A stretch of DNA of 64,000 nt, taken from the NCBI GenBank assembly GCA_021770825.1, contig JAETQD010000010.1, positions 62,227 to 126,226 on the forward strand, in the 5' to 3' direction. This DNA comes from Clostridium sp. GTDB taxonomy: Bacteria; Bacillota; Clostridia; Lachnospirales; Lachnospiraceae. The notes beneath the pieces were generated by a model. The model was not told the DNA's origin and searched no databases. It saw only the letters and a list, made by a program, of their open reading frames with translations. Each line of letters begins with the position of its first letter. Position 1 is the first letter of the stretch. The translations under genes and the position numbers were made by a program. Positions 1-9,543 of the stretch are shown in pieces.

Positions 1-974
1 GCAATGGCAACTACGATAACGATACCCTGTGCAATGTACTGGTAGTTGGTGTCAACGCCCAGGTACTGTAAGCAGGTCTTTAAGATCTCGAATACAAGAA
101 CACCGATCAATACGCCGGAGATACGTCCGATACCACCGTTTACGGATACGCCGCCGATGGTACAAGCTGCGATGGCCTCAAGCTCCCAGCCCTGGCCCAT
201 GTTTACGGAAGAACCGCCGGACTTGGCGCCTACTAAGAATCCGCCCAGTGCGTAAAGAGCTGCTGCTGTCATGTAAATGATGATTTTGGTCTTCTTTGTG
301 TTTACACCGGAAACCTCAGCAGACTGCTCGTTGCCGCCGATGGCGTACATATATTTTCCGTGTGGAGTCATGTTGTAGATGAACCACATTACAAGACCTA
401 CGGCGATGGCAATTAAGAACAGATACGGAATCAGGCCGAATAATTTACCTTTTGCAACGATGGTATATGCGCCGTGGTAGCCGCCGATGGGAGTTGCGTT
501 GGTGTAAACCAGGCAGACACCGTAAACGATAAGCTGCATACCAAGGGTTCCGATGAATGCCGGAACGTTTAAGTAAGAAATAACGATACCATTGATAAAA
601 CCAAAGAAACAGCATACGGCAACGCAGATAAGAAGAACTGCGATTACCCATAACCACCACATTCCGCCGAAATCCGGAAGTCCTTCATAGAACTTACCGC
701 TGTAATCCGGCTTCTGTAACAGGGTACCAGCCAGGCAGGCTGCGAGACCTACCATACGTCCGGCAGAAAGGTCTGTACCTTTTGTGATCAGACAGCCGGA
801 TACGCCGCAGGCGATGATGAAACGTGGTGCAACGTTTAATGCTACGTTAATCAGGTTGCCGCCGGAAAAGAATGTGGGCTGCATGATACCTGTATAAATA
901 GCCAGTAACACAAGAACAACGATGATTCCATTATTGATAAGGAAATCTTTTACATTAAAATTTTTCGCTTTCAT
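1..974 (-). CDS. Sugar ABC transporter permease, MglC/RbsC-like (BPD_transp_2). N-terminus is in the window; the C-terminus runs off the left edge.
   Basis: Reverse-strand ATG near 974 preceded by AGGAGG. Translation MKAKNFNVKDFLINNGIIVVLVLL... is multi-pass hydrophobic. Sits downstream of the ABC ATPase in an mglBAC-like order. Confidence 0.8.
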   Translation of the reverse strand, partial: MKAKNFNVKDFLINNGIIVVLVLLAIYTGIMQPTFFSGGNLINVALNVAPRFIIACGVSGCLITKGTDLSAGRMVGLAACLAGTLLQKPDYSGKFYEGLPDFGGMWWLWVIAVLLICVAVCCFFGFINGIVISYLNVPAFIGTLGMQLIVYGVCLVYTNATPIGGYHGAYTIVAKGKLFGLIPYLFLIAIAVGLVMWFIYNMTPHGKYMYAIGGNEQSAEVSGVNTKKTKIIIYMTAAALYALGGFLVGAKSGGSSVNMGQGWELEAIAACTIGGVSVNGGIGRISGVLIGVLVFEILKTCLQYLGVDTNYQYIAQGIVIVVAI

Positions 975-999
975 GACTTAACCTCCTCATGTGGCTTCT

Positions 1000-2529
1000 T
1001 TACTTTGATGAACCGCTCAAATCAAACTTTGTGGCAAAGGCCATAATCTTCTCCTGAGTTGCATCCTCACCTTCCACTTCACCGGTAATGCGGCCGTTGC
1101 ACATTACGATGATTCGGTTGGACATACCGATTAACTCCGGCATCTCAGAAGAAATCATAATGATGGATTTTCCCTGTTTTACCAGGTCAATCATAATCTG
1201 ATAAATCTCATACTTGGCGCCCACGTCGATACCACGTGTCGGCTCATCCATGATTAAGATATCAGGATTGTTGGCAAGCCATCTTGCGATAATTACCTTC
1301 TGCTGGTTACCACCGGACAGAGACTGAATCAGAGTCTTTCCGCTGGGTGTCTTGATTTTCAGTTTTGCAATACTTTCTTTTACTACCTTATCAACTTCGC
1401 TCTTGTTGATTTTTCCCATATGGGTGTAATTCTTATAAGAAGCCACGGCGGTATTGTCTTCAATGCTTAAGCAGCCGAAAATACCGTTTCCACGTCTGTC
1501 CTCGGTGATCATACCAACGGAGCTGGTGATAGCATCCTGGGGTCTCTTGATGTTTGTTTTCTTTCCAAGAACCTCCACTTCACCGCTGGCCACATGACGC
1601 ATACCGAAAATTGCTTCCATAAGCTCTGTTCTCTGTGCACCAACCAGTCCGCCGAATCCAAGAATCTCACCGCGCTTTAACTCAAAGGAGCAGTCCTGGA
1701 AAGAATTGGAATGGATACTGGACAGATGGCTTACTTTCAGTACGGTTTCGTCTGTGCGGTAGTCATCCTTGGGCGGGTACACGTTGGTAAGCTCACGGCC
1801 TACCATCTGTCTTACGATCTCATCGTCGGAGATATCTTCCATACGCCAGGTTCCCACATAGGTACCGTCACGCATGATGGTGATATCATCGGAGATCTGA
1901 CGAATCTCAGCCATTTTATGGCTGATATATATCATAGAAACGCCTCTGGACTTTAAGTCCCGGATAATACGGAACAGCGCTTCTACTTCATTATCAGTCA
2001 GGGAGGAAGTGGGCTCATCCAGAATTACCAGGTTGGCACTCTGGCTCACGGCCTTTGCAATTTCCACTGACTGCATCTGTCCAATGGATAAGGTTCCAAG
2101 CTGGGCCTTGGGGTCAAAGTTCATCTTAACGTCCTTTAACCATTTCTCGGCTTCGCTGTTCATAGCTGCATGGTCCACAACCTTGATGGGACCAACTTTC
2201 TTTAACGGATATCTTCCCAGGTACATGTTTTCTGCGATGGAGCGGGCCGGAATCGGCTGAAGCTCCTGATGCACCATGGCAAGTCCTTTGTGAAGGGCGT
2301 CATCGGGGTTTGCAATCTCCGTTTTCACGCCGTCGATGAAGACTTCGCCTTCATCCATTTTGTAGATACCGAACAGGCATTTCATCAATGTAGACTTACC
2401 AGCACCGTTCTCCCCCATCAGTGCATGAACGGTACCGGGGCGTACACGTAAATTTACGCCATCCAATGCCTTAACGCCTGGGAAGGTCTTTTTAATCCCC
2501 TTCATTTCGAGTCTGTACTGCTCTGCCAT
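1000..2529 (-). CDS. Sugar ABC transporter ATP-binding protein with two ABC cassettes (MglA/RbsA-like)
   Basis: 509 aa. Walker A GENGAGKST plus a second cassette. LSGGNQQK signature motif. Typical length of the fused double ATPase. Confidence 0.9.
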   Translation of the reverse strand: MAEQYRLEMKGIKKTFPGVKALDGVNLRVRPGTVHALMGENGAGKSTLMKCLFGIYKMDEGEVFIDGVKTEIANPDDALHKGLAMVHQELQPIPARSIAENMYLGRYPLKKVGPIKVVDHAAMNSEAEKWLKDVKMNFDPKAQLGTLSIGQMQSVEIAKAVSQSANLVILDEPTSSLTDNEVEALFRIIRDLKSRGVSMIYISHKMAEIRQISDDITIMRDGTYVGTWRMEDISDDEIVRQMVGRELTNVYPPKDDYRTDETVLKVSHLSSIHSNSFQDCSFELKRGEILGFGGLVGAQRTELMEAIFGMRHVASGEVEVLGKKTNIKRPQDAITSSVGMITEDRRGNGIFGCLSIEDNTAVASYKNYTHMGKINKSEVDKVVKESIAKLKIKTPSGKTLIQSLSGGNQQKVIIARWLANNPDILIMDEPTRGIDVGAKYEIYQIMIDLVKQGKSIIMISSEMPELIGMSNRIIVMCNGRITGEVEGEDATQEKIMAFATKFDLSGSSK

Positions 2530-2585
2530 CCCAAAACTCCTTTCAGTTGCATTCCCCCCAATTTGGGCGGCTTGTGCAATTTATA

Positions 2586-2625
2586 AAACCGAGTGTGTCA
2601 ATGGAACACACCCGGTTTCAATTAG
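2586..2625 (-). terminator. Intercistronic stem-loop between the binding-protein gene and the ATPase gene. Possible partial terminator or attenuator that raises binding-protein expression.
   Basis: Imperfect inverted repeat ccgagtgtgt...acacacccgg. On the minus strand it is followed by TTTTATAAATT. Confidence 0.3.
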
Positions 2626-2638
2626 TTACAGTTTAAAA

Positions 2639-3775
2639 TTACTTTAACTGATCCAAAATCTGCTGAGCGTTCTCCTGTGTAACCTTGGAGTAGTCAACCA
2701 TGTTTACAGCTTCAACGGTCTCGCCTGCAAGGAATTTAGCAGCGATGTCGCCAGCAGCCTTAGCCTGTGCAAAGTGGTCGTTGAATACGGTACCAGTCTG
2801 CTTGCCGTCGATAACGTTCTGTACAGCCTCTGTCAGAGCATCAACACCAACAAGGTAGATGTCTTCGTTTACGGTGCGGCCAGCAGCCTCGATGGACTGT
2901 AAAGCACCAAGAGCCATAGCGTCGTTGTTACAGAAGATAACTTCGATCTTGTCGCCGTACTGGTTTAAAGCATCCTGAGCGATCTGCTGAGCTTTTGCCT
3001 GATCCCAGTCACCACGCTGTAATAACAGCTCTTCTACTTCCATACCAGCATCTGTAAGAGCCTTAACAGAGAACTCTGTTCTATACTGAGCATCTACGTT
3101 CTCCGGGTCGCCCTGGATCATGATGTAGGAAACTTTGCCGTCGCCGTTGATATCACCCTTTGTGGATGTCTCAAGGATTTCTTCGCCCTGGTAAGTACCG
3201 GACTGTCTTGCGTCACAGCCAACGTATGTAGCAGCGATGCCCTCGGAAGCCCATCTTGCTTCTTCGTCAGCATCCGGCTCACGGTTGATGTAAACAACCG
3301 GGATTCCAGCTTCCTTACACATATCTGTGATCTCCGGAGCGGAGGAAGCCTGTACAAGGTTTAAGATAAGAACATCATACTTCTGAGTGATGAAGTTCTG
3401 AATCTGGTTGGTCTGCTCTGCCTGATCGCCCTTACCATCCTGAACAACTACGTTCTCAGCCTTGAATCCGAGGTCTTCGGTTAAGTAACGAACCAGCTCT
3501 GTTCTGTACAGAGTCATGAAGTTATCATCGAATTTGTAAATGCTGATGCCGACTTTCTTATCGGATACATCTGCAGTTCCTGCTGCTTCAGCGGCTGTGG
3601 TAGCTGCCTCTGCTGCTGCGGTTGTAGCGGCTTCTGTTGCTGCCTCAGTAGCTGCTTCTGTGGCAGCCTCTGTTGCTGCAGCAGTTGTTTCTGCCGGCTT
3701 GCTGGAGCATCCTGCTAAAGACATAGCCATAACAGATGCCAGAGCGATTGCTGTTGCTTTCTTTGCTAATCTCAT
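2639..3775 (-). CDS. Galactose/glucose-binding lipoprotein (MglB-like substrate-binding protein) with a Thr/Ala-rich repeat linker
   Basis: Lipoprotein signal ...SLAGCSS. (TEAA)n linker. DINGDGKVSYIMIQGDPENVDAQYRT resembles the GGBP Ca2+-loop region. The track ORF was trimmed to the MRLAKK start, which has GGGAGG upstream. Confidence 0.85.
   Translation of the reverse strand: MRLAKKATAIALASVMAMSLAGCSSKPAETTAAATEAATEAATEAATEAATTAAAEAATTAAEAAGTADVSDKKVGISIYKFDDNFMTLYRTELVRYLTEDLGFKAENVVVQDGKGDQAEQTNQIQNFITQKYDVLILNLVQASSAPEITDMCKEAGIPVVYINREPDADEEARWASEGIAATYVGCDARQSGTYQGEEILETSTKGDINGDGKVSYIMIQGDPENVDAQYRTEFSVKALTDAGMEVEELLLQRGDWDQAKAQQIAQDALNQYGDKIEVIFCNNDAMALGALQSIEAAGRTVNEDIYLVGVDALTEAVQNVIDGKQTGTVFNDHFAQAKAAGDIAAKFLAGETVEAVNMVDYSKVTQENAQQILDQLK
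3590..3700 (-). repeat. In-frame 12-nt tandem repeats encoding (TEAA)n in the binding-protein linker
   Basis: The protein reads ATEAATEAATEAATEAATTAAAEAATTAAEAA. The DNA shows the corresponding gcagcctctgtt/gctgcctcagta-like repeats. Confidence 0.5.
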
Positions 3776-3970
3776 TGTTTTGAATCCTCCCATTCAAAAT
3801 TAATTATTTGTCACTTTTGGGTACATTTACCTCAATGACAAATTTATTATACTTTCCCTTTGTGCATTTTTCCATACTTTTTTTTATCCAAAATTATTAA
3901 AATTCTTCGATTATGTACAAGAAATCCCGGATTTTCTTCTATTTTCTACATTTTTTTATGAAATGCCCCG

Positions 3971-4978
3971 TCAATCGGTCAATGGTTTCTGGGAACTCCA
4001 GTAATATTTCTCTGCATCCATTTTCTCCCCCATGGAAAGGCCGGCCGCCAGGTCAAAAATTGCCTTGGCATACTGAACCCGGTCCGATTCCACGGTTCCG
4101 AAAAGCTTCCCGGCCTTTAAGGCCTCCTGCCCCACAGGGGTCCCGTCGATTCCCACCACCTTTATGGTCTGAATCAGGTACCCGTTCCGCTCAATGGCGT
4201 CAATGGCGCCTAAAGCCATGTCGTCATTGTTGCAGATCACCAGCTCGATCTGCCCGTCATACTCCTTAAGCCACTGGTCCATCAGCGCAGACGCCTGGCT
4301 CCTCTCCCAGTTGGCGATTCCTCCGGCCAGCTTCTCCAAAGGAACCCCGCCGTCCTTTAAGGTCTGGATGGACCACTCTGTGCGGATTAAGGAGTCCTGA
4401 TGGCTGCTTTCTCCCTCCAAAAGCACATAGCTCACCGTTCCGTCTCCGTCCCGGTCCAGGGTTTCCGGATTTTCTTTGTAGGCATCCACTAAGATCTGCC
4501 CCTGGAGCACTGCCGATTCCTTGGCATCTGCCCCCACATAGTAAAGCTTTTCCCATCGGTTCATGTCCTCCTCCACCGGCTCCCGGTTGAAAAACACAAT
4601 GGGAATGTCCGCCGCCATGGCCTTATCAATCACCACAGAAGCTGCGGACCGGTCCACCATATTGACGCAGAGGGCATCGCACTCCAGGCCGATGAGCCGT
4701 TCCACCTGGTTGTTCTGGGTATTCTGGTTTCCCTTGGCATCCATCACATCCAGAATCACCTTGATTCCCGTCTCCTTCTCATACTCCTTTGCCCGCTCCT
4801 CCAGGGAAAGGCGCAGAGTTCCGATAAAGGTGTCGTCCCCCTGATACAAAAGGACTCCAATCCGCATGGAATTCTTCTTTTCCTCTCCTGCCTTGTCACT
4901 TCCGATTCCGGTAAAAAGCAGGACAGCCCCTGCCAGAAAAAGGACAGCCGCTCCTCCCAAAAACCATTTTTTCTCCAT
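3971..4978 (-). CDS. Membrane-anchored sugar-binding sensor protein (PBP type I / GGBP-like)
   Basis: Start MEKKWFLGGAAVLFLAGAVLLF forms a TM anchor, with GGGAGG 6 nt upstream. DRDGDGTVSYVLLEGESSH resembles the GGBP Ca2+ loop. Lies immediately upstream of mglB and downstream of the HK/RR pair. Confidence 0.6.
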   Translation of the reverse strand: MEKKWFLGGAAVLFLAGAVLLFTGIGSDKAGEEKKNSMRIGVLLYQGDDTFIGTLRLSLEERAKEYEKETGIKVILDVMDAKGNQNTQNNQVERLIGLECDALCVNMVDRSAASVVIDKAMAADIPIVFFNREPVEEDMNRWEKLYYVGADAKESAVLQGQILVDAYKENPETLDRDGDGTVSYVLLEGESSHQDSLIRTEWSIQTLKDGGVPLEKLAGGIANWERSQASALMDQWLKEYDGQIELVICNNDDMALGAIDAIERNGYLIQTIKVVGIDGTPVGQEALKAGKLFGTVESDRVQYAKAIFDLAAGLSMGEKMDAEKYYWSSQKPLTD

Positions 4979-4994
4979 TTCGTTCCTCCCGTTT

Positions 4995-5966
4995 TTATTC
5001 CATGGGATACAGAAGCTTCTCATACCTCCGCTCCCTCAAATCTTCCCCGGTGATATAATAGGATTCCATAAACATCTGTTCCCTGAGCCACATTCCCTGA
5101 ATGGCCTCCACCGCCATGCGGATGCTTAAATATCCCTCATCGTAGTCATTGACGGCCATCAGCCCCTGAATGAGGCCACGGTCCATTTTCCTCAGTATGG
5201 CCGTGTTGTTGCCAATGCCGTAAAGCCCGGTCACATGCTCTGCATATACGGTGCTGCCGCCGATGATATCGGAGGTCTCATCCAGGGATTTGGCATCCAT
5301 GGCGATGACCGTCACCTGCTTGGGATCCGGATATACGGTCTCCTCGATGGCCTGGCGGTAGGTGTCTTCATCTTCCCGCTCCACCAGCCGGTAGGAAAAT
5401 CCCTTCTCGTCCAGAATCGAACGGATTCCGTCATACAAATCTGTATTTCCTGTATAGGAAAGGCCCTCCGTAAAAATCCAGACAGGATGTTCGGGAGATT
5501 CCTCCGCCGCCACCTGGGCAGCCAGTTCCCTTCCGGTTTCATATCCGTTTGCGGATATGGATACAGCCACAGAATCGTTGACTCTGGTGGCACCCAGAAG
5601 AATCACCGGACAGTTGGGGGAAATTTCGTCCAGCCGCATGATGGAGCCGGATTCGTTTACGGGAGCCAGAACCACGGCTCTTGCCCCGTCCTTGATTTCC
5701 CTCTGCACCATCTCCATCTGCTCCTCTTCATCTTCCGCCTTGTAAAGGGTAATGAAGCTCACGTCAGCCTGGTACTTTTCTGCCGCCTTGTCCATGCCCT
5801 TCTTAAAATTCACATAATATTCGTCATTGGCGTCCTCCACAATCACCGAAATCGGATATACTTCCCGCTTCTTCTCCTTAATGATCAAATCCGTGGAAGA
5901 AAGCAGGAACAAAAAAACCAGAAGTCCGGCCGCGATGCACCATATGACTTTTTCCCTATTTGACAC
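4995..5966 (-). CDS. Second membrane-anchored periplasmic-binding-protein-like sensor domain protein
   Basis: N-terminal TM segment CIAAGLLVFLFLL. LacI/PBP-type fold pattern (ISVIVEDANDEYY...VVLAPVNESG...). Overlaps the histidine-kinase stop by about 11 nt. Confidence 0.55.
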   Translation of the reverse strand: MSNREKVIWCIAAGLLVFLFLLSSTDLIIKEKKREVYPISVIVEDANDEYYVNFKKGMDKAAEKYQADVSFITLYKAEDEEEQMEMVQREIKDGARAVVLAPVNESGSIMRLDEISPNCPVILLGATRVNDSVAVSISANGYETGRELAAQVAAEESPEHPVWIFTEGLSYTGNTDLYDGIRSILDEKGFSYRLVEREDEDTYRQAIEETVYPDPKQVTVIAMDAKSLDETSDIIGGSTVYAEHVTGLYGIGNNTAILRKMDRGLIQGLMAVNDYDEGYLSIRMAVEAIQGMWLREQMFMESYYITGEDLRERRYEKLLYPME

Positions 5967-7755
5967 CGCTTATCCCTCCTTCCGAAATTTCCCCATAGGG
6001 GACTGCCCGCAGATGGGCCGTCACACAGGTTCCCTCATCCAATTCCGACTCAATGGCCAGCCCATACTCCTTTCCAAAATAGAGCTTAATCCGTTCATTG
6101 ACATTTCTCACGCCGATGCCGGAACCACGCTTGGACGGCACATGATCGGTCTTTACGAGCATCTGCTCCACCTGCTCCCTGGTCATACCAAGGCCATTGT
6201 CAGAAACGCTCATGTAAAGGTCCTCTCCGTCTCTCCAGACACGGATGCGGATTTCTCCGTCTCCGTCCATGAATTCCATGCCGTGGTAGATGGAGTTTTC
6301 CACCAGAGGCTGAAGCATTAATTTAAGGCTTGCAAGCTCCATCACATCCTCTCCGGCCTCGATCTCATAGGAAAACCTGTTTTTAAACCGCATATGCTGG
6401 ATGGTCAGATAGTTCCTCACGTGCTCCAGCTCATCCCGCACGGTGATGATGCTCTTTCCCTTGCTGAGACTGATGCGGAAGAACCTGGCCAAAGCCGTCA
6501 CGGCCTTCACGGCATCGGCCTGCTTTTCATTCTCGATCATCCACACAATGATATCCAGCGTATTGTAAAGGAAATGGGGATTGATCTGGGACTGTAAAAT
6601 ATCAAACTCATTTTTTCTTTTTGACTCATGCTCCGCCACAATATCTTCCATCAGCTTTTTAATGCGGCTGGCCATGTTCTGGATGGACGTTCCCAGATGT
6701 CTGGTCTCATAGGAGCCCCCGATGTACACCTTTGCATCCAGATTCCCTGCCTCGATCTTATTGACGGATTTTTCCAGCTCCTTGATGGGGTCTGTAATTC
6801 TGGACGAAATGAAGGAGTTGATGATGGAAAGCAGAAAAACCACGAAAGCAATGATGAACACCACCAAAAGTCTGGTTTTTACGGCATTTAAGGTGATTCC
6901 TCCATAGGGTGTCACACCGATGATCTTCCATCCCGTATATCCCACGGTTTTTACGGTAATCATCCGCTTTTCTCCTAAAAATTCCTCTTCATGGTTTCCG
7001 TCCTTATACCCGGCCGCCGCCTTATGGTTTTCCTGGGCCTGCCCGGAATAAATGAGCTGTCCGTCCGGATGGTAGATGATCTCCCCGTCATTTCCGATCA
7101 TGTAAACATATCCGCCGTTTCCAAGGCTGACACCGTTAAAAAGCTGTTCCAAGCTGTCATACCGCACATCGATCATCAGAATACCCTGGGTCGTATAGGG
7201 TCCCTGGGTAATCTCCACCGCCCGGGATACGGAAACCACCCAGTTGTAGCGGTTTTCGCTGTTGTCAAAAATGTACTGGACGTGGGGCATGGAAAAGTGC
7301 TGGTTTTCCGTTTTTTCCAGGGCCGTCACAAACCATTTTTCCCCGGTCACGTCCACGTTCGGCTTTAGCATGGCCGCCGGAACTGCCTCTAAAAGCTCGC
7401 CCTCCCTGGAAAACAGCGCAATCTTTTCAATATTATCCTTATTATTATCGTATAGAAGCGTCATTTCCCTGCTGACTGATTCCTCCGACAGGTTGGCATT
7501 TTTTATGACGCCGTAATACAGCGAATCCGACAGCTTCATGATACTCCGGAGGTAGGAGTCCATGGCCCGGTTCACCTGCTGAATCACAATCTGGTTTTCT
7601 TCCTGGATGGACGCCGACATGATACCGGACAGTCTGGTATATAAGGACAGTCCGATGAAAATGCTGGCCGCCAGGGCGGTCACCGTAAAATAGATGAAAA
7701 TGCTGTACCGGATACTGGTGTTTTCCAGAAATTCCCTCCGCTTCTTAAAAAGCAT
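5956..7755 (-). CDS. Sensor histidine kinase, YesM/LytS family (two TM segments, HAMP, His_kinase, HATPase_c)
   Basis: NPHFLYNTLD H-box. C-terminal HATPase motifs (DNGLGM). N-terminal TM helices flank a periplasmic domain. Confidence 0.85.
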   Translation of the reverse strand: MLFKKRREFLENTSIRYSIFIYFTVTALAASIFIGLSLYTRLSGIMSASIQEENQIVIQQVNRAMDSYLRSIMKLSDSLYYGVIKNANLSEESVSREMTLLYDNNKDNIEKIALFSREGELLEAVPAAMLKPNVDVTGEKWFVTALEKTENQHFSMPHVQYIFDNSENRYNWVVSVSRAVEITQGPYTTQGILMIDVRYDSLEQLFNGVSLGNGGYVYMIGNDGEIIYHPDGQLIYSGQAQENHKAAAGYKDGNHEEEFLGEKRMITVKTVGYTGWKIIGVTPYGGITLNAVKTRLLVVFIIAFVVFLLSIINSFISSRITDPIKELEKSVNKIEAGNLDAKVYIGGSYETRHLGTSIQNMASRIKKLMEDIVAEHESKRKNEFDILQSQINPHFLYNTLDIIVWMIENEKQADAVKAVTALARFFRISLSKGKSIITVRDELEHVRNYLTIQHMRFKNRFSYEIEAGEDVMELASLKLMLQPLVENSIYHGMEFMDGDGEIRIRVWRDGEDLYMSVSDNGLGMTREQVEQMLVKTDHVPSKRGSGIGVRNVNERIKLYFGKEYGLAIESELDEGTCVTAHLRAVPYGEISEGGISGVK

Positions 7756-7773
7756 GCTTCCTCCTGTTTTCCC

Positions 7774-9408
7774 TTACTTACTTCCTCTGAATTTGGTGGG
7801 TGAAACTCCGAATTTCTTTTTAAACACATAGCTGAAATAATTCTGCTCCTGATATCCCACCTTGGAGGCAATCACATAGGTTTTATCGTCCGTTTTATTT
7901 AAAAGCTCCACGGCTTTATTAAGCCGCACATCCGTCAAGTAAGCCACATAAGTCTGCCCGGTGGCCTTTTTAAACATGGTGGAAAAATATGCAGGACTCA
8001 TGTGCAGATACCGGCAGATCTGCTCCACCGAAAGGTCCGGGTCCTGGTAATTATCCATGATGTACTGCTTGGCCCGCTCCATGGTCTGTCTGGCCGCATG
8101 ATCTCTCTCTTCATCCATGGCCCGGTTGATTCGGATGGCCAGGGGCAGAAGCCACTGGGCAAAGTTCTCCTTTTTAAGAATCTGGGGAATCATGGCAAAG
8201 GGATCGCTTCCTCCGGAGCCGGCCTCAAAAATCTGGCCCATGTCCAGATCATACTGCTGAATCAACTGAATCATACAGTTGGAAACACTTAACATGTAGG
8301 CCTGGTACTGTCTGAAATGGACCTTTGCGCCGTTCATCCGGTCCGTGATGTGCTCTACGGCTTCCCTGATCTTCTCATCGGGACCAAATTTTATGGCCAT
8401 GATCAGTTCCGATTCATCCTTTCCGTCAAACAAAAGCTTTCCGCCGTTTACGGGCTCCACGTCATTGATATAAATGGTGCTGCCGCCGCCCACAATGGCC
8501 TTATATCCCAGGGCATCCACCGCCGACTGGAATGAAACGGAAATGTTCTTAAGGGTCAGGGAGCTGTGGCCGATTCCCACGGTCACAGGCACCTGAAGAA
8601 TCTTCCGTATCTCCTTGCAGATATCGCCCAGAATGTTGATTAACCCGGTCTGGGTATTGGACGCATCGATGGCCACAATGCCCGCGATTTCCGTTCCCTC
8701 GCTTCTGGAAAAAGAAAACAGCACATGGCGGTAATAGTCCTTCAAATTGCCCTCCATGATCTGCATGACGGAAATGGGAATCAGCCCCTTTTCCTCATGA
8801 AGCGGCAGCTTTCCGTCCTCCTGCACCTCTTCCTGCTCAATGTCCACCGCCAGGGCAATCCACTTTTTGGCCCCTCCCAGGGAAATCCCGTATTCCGCCA
8901 GGCGGCTGTCCACTAAGGTCTCATCCATGGGACGGCTTATGAGGTCCATCAAAAACTGCTCCTTTAATATCGGCAGGCTCTTCACATAGTTTTCCCGAAG
9001 ACGGTCCACGTTGCGCTTTAACTCAATTTCCTCATCCAGATTTCCCCGAATCCGCTTTAAGATTGCTGTCAGCTCTTCCACATTCACCGGCTTCAAAATA
9101 TACTCGGTGACATTGAGCTTAATGGCCTTTTTTGCGTACTCAAAGTCGTCAAAGCCGGAAAAAATCACGATTTTCATGGACGGATATTTCTGCCGGATTC
9201 TCTCTGCAAGCGTCAGTCCGTCCATATAAGGCATACGGATATCCGTCAGCACCACATCCGGCTCCAGAGCTTCGATTTTTTCCAGGGCATCCTCTCCGTT
9301 TTCCGCATCCCCCACCACGGAAAATCCCACTGCCTCCCAGTCGATTTTCCGGATAATGCTCTTTCTCACTTCTTCCTCATCATCTACCAGAATAATTCTG
9401 TATAATTC
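7774..9408 (-). CDS. Response regulator with a REC domain and C-terminal AraC-type HTH (YesN-like)
   Basis: MELYRIILVDDEEEV...DIRMPYMDG receiver motifs. C-terminal AraC HTH (...ICRYLHMSPAYFSTMFKK...). GAAAGGA ribosome-binding site before ATG. The longer upstream extension in the track was rejected. Confidence 0.85.
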   Translation of the reverse strand, partial: ELYRIILVDDEEEVRKSIIRKIDWEAVGFSVVGDAENGEDALEKIEALEPDVVLTDIRMPYMDGLTLAERIRQKYPSMKIVIFSGFDDFEYAKKAIKLNVTEYILKPVNVEELTAILKRIRGNLDEEIELKRNVDRLRENYVKSLPILKEQFLMDLISRPMDETLVDSRLAEYGISLGGAKKWIALAVDIEQEEVQEDGKLPLHEEKGLIPISVMQIMEGNLKDYYRHVLFSFSRSEGTEIAGIVAIDASNTQTGLINILGDICKEIRKILQVPVTVGIGHSSLTLKNISVSFQSAVDALGYKAIVGGGSTIYINDVEPVNGGKLLFDGKDESELIMAIKFGPDEKIREAVEHITDRMNGAKVHFRQYQAYMLSVSNCMIQLIQQYDLDMGQIFEAGSGGSDPFAMIPQILKKENFAQWLLPLAIRINRAMDEERDHAARQTMERAKQYIMDNYQDPDLSVEQICRYLHMSPAYFSTMFKKATGQTYVAYLTDVRLNKAVELLNKTDDKTYVIASKVGYQEQNYFSYVFKKKFGVSPTKFRGSK

Positions 9409-9482
9409 CATAAAATATCCTTTCTTCTGCGGTCTGCTCTGTTGCATATGTATAGCATACCGCATTCCATTTGTTTTGGCAA

Positions 9483-9528
9483 GCGAGCGGAAAAAGGCCG
9501 CCCGGTTTCATTTCCCGGACGGCCGCAT
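9483..9528. terminator. Bidirectional rho-independent terminator between the regulator and the amidohydrolase
   Basis: GC-rich hairpin ggccgcccgg...ccggacggcc with T-runs on both strands (CATTTTTAC / TTTTTCC). Confidence 0.4.
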
Positions 9529-9543
9529 TTTTACATATTCTCT

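Noticed and set aside
29-660. ORFs 29..280(+), 46..255(+), 445..660(-) inside and antisense to the MglC-like permease gene
   Set aside because: Arg-rich, low-complexity translations that fully overlap a well-supported permease CDS. These are typical antisense artefacts in GC-rich coding DNA.
3540-3803. 87-aa (+) ORF of poly-Ala/Val/Ser antisense to the (TEAA)n linker of the binding protein
   Set aside because: It is a mirror-image artefact of the in-frame repeat on the coding strand, with no ribosome-binding site.
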